DNA of 64,000 bases from the human T2T-CHM13v2.0 reference genome, Homo sapiens. Positions 58,671 through 64,000 of this stretch are shown in pieces. The stretch is from NCBI RefSeq assembly GCF_009914755.1, contig NC_060937.1; one strand, written 5' to 3'. The translations under genes and the position numbers were made by a program. How positions within the stretch are numbered: the stretch's first letter is position 1; each line of letters begins with the position of its first letter. The notes under the pieces were generated by a model. That model did not search any database. It saw only the letters and a list, made by a program, of their open reading frames with translations, and was not told the origin of the DNA.

Positions 58671-61318
58671 TTCAGGCACAGCTCTTTGAACCACCAATGG
58701 AACATTCCATGAGAGATGTTTACCAACAAGGCACAACTATATGTCTCTACATCTCTATTAATGTTTTCTTCACAATATAGTGGTTAAAAATGTATGAAGG
58801 AGCAGAAATAAAGTATTATAAATGTGAGAAAAGGTACATTTTAAGGGATCAATAGGCTCCTTTCTTTTCCCTGATGAAAAGTGCTGAGGCTCCATGAATG
58901 AGTTCCATAAATAAGCAAGAGAGAGCACAGCTTGGAAATCTACCAGACATTCAGCAGCATGAGTCACACGCAGTCCTCTCAGAGCCTAGAAGGATACATC
59001 CAATCTCCGTAGTCAAGAAAAATGAAGTAAAAATCTCCAACATCTTTGTCCACCTGACCTTTAAGATCAAAGCACACCCAAGTCTTTTATCTCCCTTGCT
59101 TTCCTATGCAGTCCTGAAGAAAAGCAATACAATTTATTAATAGACATGACAAGTTTCATGAGGAAGACCCAGATGGCTTGTGCTTATATCACTAACCAGC
59201 ACAACTGGTTTCTCTGTGAATGCAGGGCACAAACTGGACAGGAGAAGAGTTTCCCTTGCTAAGGCTCCTTTCTCTTGCCCTTACCATGAGCAGATGCTAC
59301 GGCAGCAGCATCTCCTGGCTGCTTCCAGACATAGTAGACTTCAGGTTGGCTGATGATTTTGGCTTTCCAACTGTCCCTCTAGATGGGGGAAGGATGACAG
59401 CACTGGGCTAGAATCTCAACCTAACAGGCTCCATTAAGGGAAGAAGAATGAAGGGAACCTGTCCTGCATGGATAATTGAGGTCATGTCTGTGGCAAGGGT
59501 CTCCATTACCTGCTGTCACTGAGGATCTTAGAGCCATATTTTCCTTGTCAGGCTTGTCGCTGCCACTTTCTGCTCTATCCAGATTCCCCCTGCATCTCAA
59601 TGTATCTCCCAAACATTCCTTCATATTTTGGAAAGAACCATTCGACATTTTTTTCTCTTGATATTAAACATTTTATACATATTTATCACCAAGTGTTAGA
59701 AAAGCCAATAAATGCAGAGAAAAATTCCTGCAACATTTGGGAAAGGAGTTTATCACACTGATTTATTTTTCTTTTTTTAATCAACGCTTACACATAATGC
59801 TCCTTTGAAGGGCTAGACTACTGAACAGTCAGTGGAGTCAGTGGTCTAATGTGATTGTGAGTGACCTTAGGAGGCAAAGCCAGAGGACAGCCTGCGAAAT
59901 AATCTATCTCTCCAATATGAGGGATGCTACTGAGAGTTGAGTAAACAGACAGGGTTAAAAACAGTTGAAAAACAGATAGGGTGATCTATCTCCATTGCCT
60001 GAGCCAAATTCTTTATAGAAACATGAAGAAAAGACTAGAAAACTAAGCAAACTGTATATTTGCATAGAATAAAATGCCAGAAACTGTTCTTTTAAAATTA
60101 TTGAAAAACAATTACTGGTAGTATTCTACAATTTATTTCCTGGAGAAGAGAATGAGGGTATATGCATTTTTTAAAAGTAAAGAATTTGTGCTCACTTATT
60201 ACTGTCCCATATATTTTCCCCACAAGCTCTGGAGTGAGGGAGACTAAGTGACTTGGCAAAAGAAACATACAACTAGGAAAACTGAAAACTACATAAAAAT
60301 ATGTGTTTGCTTTTTAAAGTCCGTTTACATTAGCTCATCCAACTTGGAGTTTCTCTTTAGAGTTCATAAGCAAATAGATATTAAAAAGGTCCATTTTCCA
60401 AGTAAACATTTATTTTTCAGTGGAATTACAGAAATGTCAGCTCCTTTTTCTTTGGGTTTTTGGATATAGGTATTGATGTGTTATTTTATGGAGAAATGAA
60501 TCTGTATCTTTCTACAACTAAGTTTCGAACAAGGCTCCCAGCGTACATTTTTGGCAGAGAATACTGTTTAAATCCTGGCTGATTCACATATAGCATTCAA
60601 GGCCCAATTTTCTTGCGTCTGTTCAATCACTGATGAAGTTAATGTCTGAAGCTATCAGGGACATGCATTTTAAAGTAGGGAGAAGCCAGGAGTAGCCGCA
60701 TGGCTGAGGCAGAGGACTGAAAACTCAGAGCTGAGAACTCTGCTCCCTGTTCAGCCGGTGACCCAGGGTGTAGTCTCAGGCATGTCACTTAACCATTATT
60801 AATTACTTAATTATTATATTTGTAATAGAAGGCTTAGGGAAACATGAGGTAATATCCAACTTCAGAAAGAAACTTTTGAACCCAGGTCTATTCTAAGAGG
60901 CATTTGGGCAATATTTTTGAGGTGAGTAAGGAATTGTACCTCCTGCTGCTTTTTTCGTTTCTGAGTCAATCTCTGGGTTGGACAAGGACTTGGAACGTGC
61001 TCAGTTGTAACTCCCCCACTCGTGCTTCATTTAAGTGGTGATATATCAAAATATCTTGGTAAATCAGATCTACTTTGGGCTGAGAAAAAGTTTTAGTATT
61101 TAGAAAAATATCTTAAGTAAGCCTTCCCTCTCAACTGAGAATATAGTTTACACAGCCCTCCATAGTATTACAAACTTATATTAGACAATTTCTGTAAGAG
61201 TACAAGTGGTAATTTTTTTAAAGATTATTAAAGGTGAGGACCTAAGAGTGTGAATTAGATATGAAAATCTCTATCTATCCTACTCGTCAACTTATCTGGG
61301 CTCTAGATTACCAATAAA

Positions 61319-61811
61319 CAAGGTTGCCAGATAAAATATAGGCTTCCCAGTTAAATTTAAGTTTCAGATAAACAGGAGATCAGCTGGGTGCAGTGGCTCA
61401 CCCCTGTAATCCCAGCACCTTGGGAGGCTGGTGGGAGGATCACTTGAAGCCAGGAGTTCGAGATTATCCTGGGAAACATGGTGAGACCCAGTCTCTACAA
61501 AAAATACAAAAATTAAGCTGGCATGATGGCATGCCTGTGGTCTCAGCTACTCAGGAGGCTGAGGCAGGAGGACTGCTTGATCCCAGGAGTTAGAGGCTGC
61601 AGTACGCTATGCTTGTGCCACTGTACTCCAACCTGGGTGAAAGAGCAAGACACCATCTTTAAAATAACAGAGAACATGGAATTGTTTTATTTAGTTAAGT
61701 ATATCTTATGCAATGTTTGAGACATATTTATACCAGAAAAAATGAATGTTTATGTGACATTCCAATTTAATTGGGATGCTTTTATTTTTATTTGATAAAC
61801 CTGGCCATCCT
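61319..61811. mobile_element. MER53 palindromic MITE interrupted by an AluJ
   Basis: GGTTGCCAGATAAAATA...CCCAGTTAAATTT..TTTCAGATAAACA and its mirror TGTTTATGTGACATTCCAATTTAATTGGG...CTGGCCATCCT. Confidence 0.85.
61382..61665 (+). mobile_element. AluJ
   Basis: GGAGGATCACTTGAAGCCAGGAGTTCGAG and GGAGGACTGCTTGA..CCAGGAGTTAGAGGCTGCAGT. Tail eroded. Confidence 0.92.
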
Positions 61812-62414
61812 CTCCATAAACCAAGCTATCAACTTGATTCCTGTTGAGTACCTAAATTTTGTCACTGCCTCTCTTCTCTTGAGGTGGCACTAGACCCTTC
61901 TCGGATGCCATGGTACTCAGCAGTTGCCTCTGTTGGAACCCTTAACAAAGCACCTTGTAACACTTTGCTTATCTGTCCTTTGCTCTCACACTGGAAAATG
62001 AGTTCTCTCAGGCAAAGACCATGTGTGCCATTATTTTGAAACACAGCCAGAACAACTACCAGTTCTTAAACACCATCGGTATGGGGAGATCATATACTTC
62101 CCAATGTCTTCATCATCTCACTTGCTTTCTCTGGTTTTGGCTTTTTCTCTCTGCAAGAAAATTGAAGGCATTTGCCACAAAGAGAAACTGACCAAGGGAA
62201 AATTTCTCTTACAGTTTTATTACTCACCCATGGGTTGATGTCAGGTGTCAAAACTATTGCAAATATTTTATTAGCATTCAATCACAACATGAAAGGTTGA
62301 GAATGATTTACCTTTTTGTAAATTGTTTCTTATTCACGTATATAGCACATCTCTCGTAAGTATATATGAAAAGCTTTGGCACCACTTTCACTCTGCATTT
62401 CTGAGGAGCAACCC

Positions 62415-62615
62415 TCAGCAGTTGTGAAGAGCAGGACTTTGAAATTAGAAACGTGGATTTAGACAACACTGCTGGCTCTTCCTAATTTCTAAGGCTAGTT
62501 TTACTACCTCATTGATCTGGTGGAGAGATTGAAAGAGATTAACACTTGTGAGACACTTAGTTCATTGCCTGGCCCAAAGTAAGTAACTCAGCAAATAGTA
62601 GCTGCTGTTTTTATT
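62415..62615 (+). mobile_element. MIR
   Basis: GTGAAGAGCAGGACTTTGAAATTAGA...TGCCTGGCCCAAAGTAAGTAACTCAGCAAATAGTAGCTG. Confidence 0.65.
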
Positions 62616-62780
62616 AGGACAGATTCAGGATTAACTTTTTGAAATAGTGTTATTCACCCATGTTCAAAAATGCTTTCTGGAGGAGACAAGAAAGAGGTGG
62701 AGACAAAGGGAGAAACTTAGCCAAGTTCCAGGTTCTCCTATGAGAAGGAGTCATACACAGACACACAGAGGATTATCTAC

Positions 62781-63171
62781 TGTATTAGCCCATTTTTACA
62801 CTTCACACTGCTCTAAATAACCACCTGAGATTGGGTAATTTTTAAAGAAAAGAGGTTTAATTGACATGCAGTTCTGCAGGCTGTACAGAAAGCTCGCTGG
62901 GGAGGCCTCAGGAAACTTACGATCATGGCGGAAGGGCGAAGGGGAAGCAAGCACCTTCTTCACGTGGCAGAGAAGGTGGAAGAGCGTGAAGGAGGAGGTA
63001 CTGCACACTTTTTAACAACCAGATCTTGTGAGAAGTCATTCTCTGTCATGAAAACAGCAAGGGAGACATCCACCCCATGATCCAATCACCTCCCACCAGG
63101 ACCCTCCCCCAACACTGGCGATTACAATTCAACATGAGATTTGGGTGGGGACACAAATCCAAACCGTATCA
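62781..63171 (-). mobile_element. MSTA-like MaLR solo LTR
   Basis: TGTATTAGCCCATT to CAAATCCAAACCGTATCA. 5-bp TSD TCTAC / TCTGC. Confidence 0.93.
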
Positions 63172-64000
63172 TCTGCCATGTATCATGTGAGAAGAACTGA
63201 AAAGAAAAACAAAGAAGGACAGAATGGTCCAGGAGAAAGAATGGCTCGGGAGTCTTATTGATCCAGGTGCTGATTGTCGTACAGTGTTGAAAATGTGACT
63301 TAACCTTTGCGAGGCGCAATGACTTCACTGCAGAGAAAATAATATCGAACTTGTTTTAGAAAGTGAATAAGTTATGTATCTATGGTGTCTAACCTAGTGT
63401 CTGCCACACACACAAGTCATTTTGTAAAGGCGATTTTTTCCTCATTTCCAGTCTTCTTAAAATATGACTCCTATGTTCTCATCTGGGCTTCAAGTTTACC
63501 TAAACTAATATTGCAGTTCCTTAAACTCATGTTGGATTCCTTTGAACAGGATCTCCCCAGACTTAGTCACTCAAGCTGAGTTGAAACTCCTTGCACTTTT
63601 TGCTTTTATATACCTCAGCATATTCTGAACCACTTTTTATCCATTTTTACACTAATATGGGGCTACAAAAGTACAAGAATCTTATCAAGACTCTTGCACA
63701 TGCACATCCATGGCAGACCTCACAGATCCGTCGGTGACCTCACAGAGCCCATACACTGCAATTCAACCCATCTCTTGATGAGTAGACACCACCGACCTTC
63801 CAACACGGAAAGCCTCTTTTCAGCTCCATCCTGACATCCCCTTGAGTTATTGATTGGCTAGTTTTCCAAATTGCTTCCATGCCATCATCCAAGTCTTTCT
63901 TGCTGGCTTTGATCTCAAACTTGCCCCAACTATCTGTCCATTATATACAATAGACAATTATAAAAACAGACGATTATTTTTAATCCCTCCGATCTCTCAA

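Noticed and set aside
56907-58729. Long Tyr/Ile/His/Cys repeat ORFs up to 196 aa
   Set aside because: Translations of TA/CA microsatellite and the 27-bp minisatellite.
61700-61745. Possible miR-1302 copy
   Set aside because: Several mismatches to the recalled mature sequence, including the seed region, and the host MER53 is interrupted by an Alu.

Overview
AT-rich primate (very probably human) non-coding genomic DNA, either intronic or intergenic. I cannot identify the locus. No protein-coding gene, RNA gene or CpG island is supportable. The ORF-track entries are L1 ORF2 remnants, Alu/Tigger/MaLR read-through, low-complexity artefacts or short unrecognised frames. The window is dominated by interspersed repeats: 13 Alu-family elements, several L1s (one twin-primed, one heavily scrambled), MaLR LTRs, Tigger2/MER53/MER58 DNA-transposon relics, MIR/L2 fragments and simple repeats. 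Four features are the least ordinary. (1) An old inverted duplication of apparently non-repeat DNA (about 46390-46640 vs 48880-49135) whose spacer holds four Alus and an LTR. (2) A scrambled L1MA-type mosaic with two copies of the same Tigger2/L1 junction, suggesting a DNA-transposon relic carried inside an L1 RNA. (3) Three minus-strand recursive-splice-site-like motifs, one with its donor inside a perfect hairpin. (4) A few candidate non-coding exons and regulatory motif clusters. I see no convincing new biological system, so these are hypotheses to test. Subfamily calls come from recalled consensus sequences and all alignments were done by eye.
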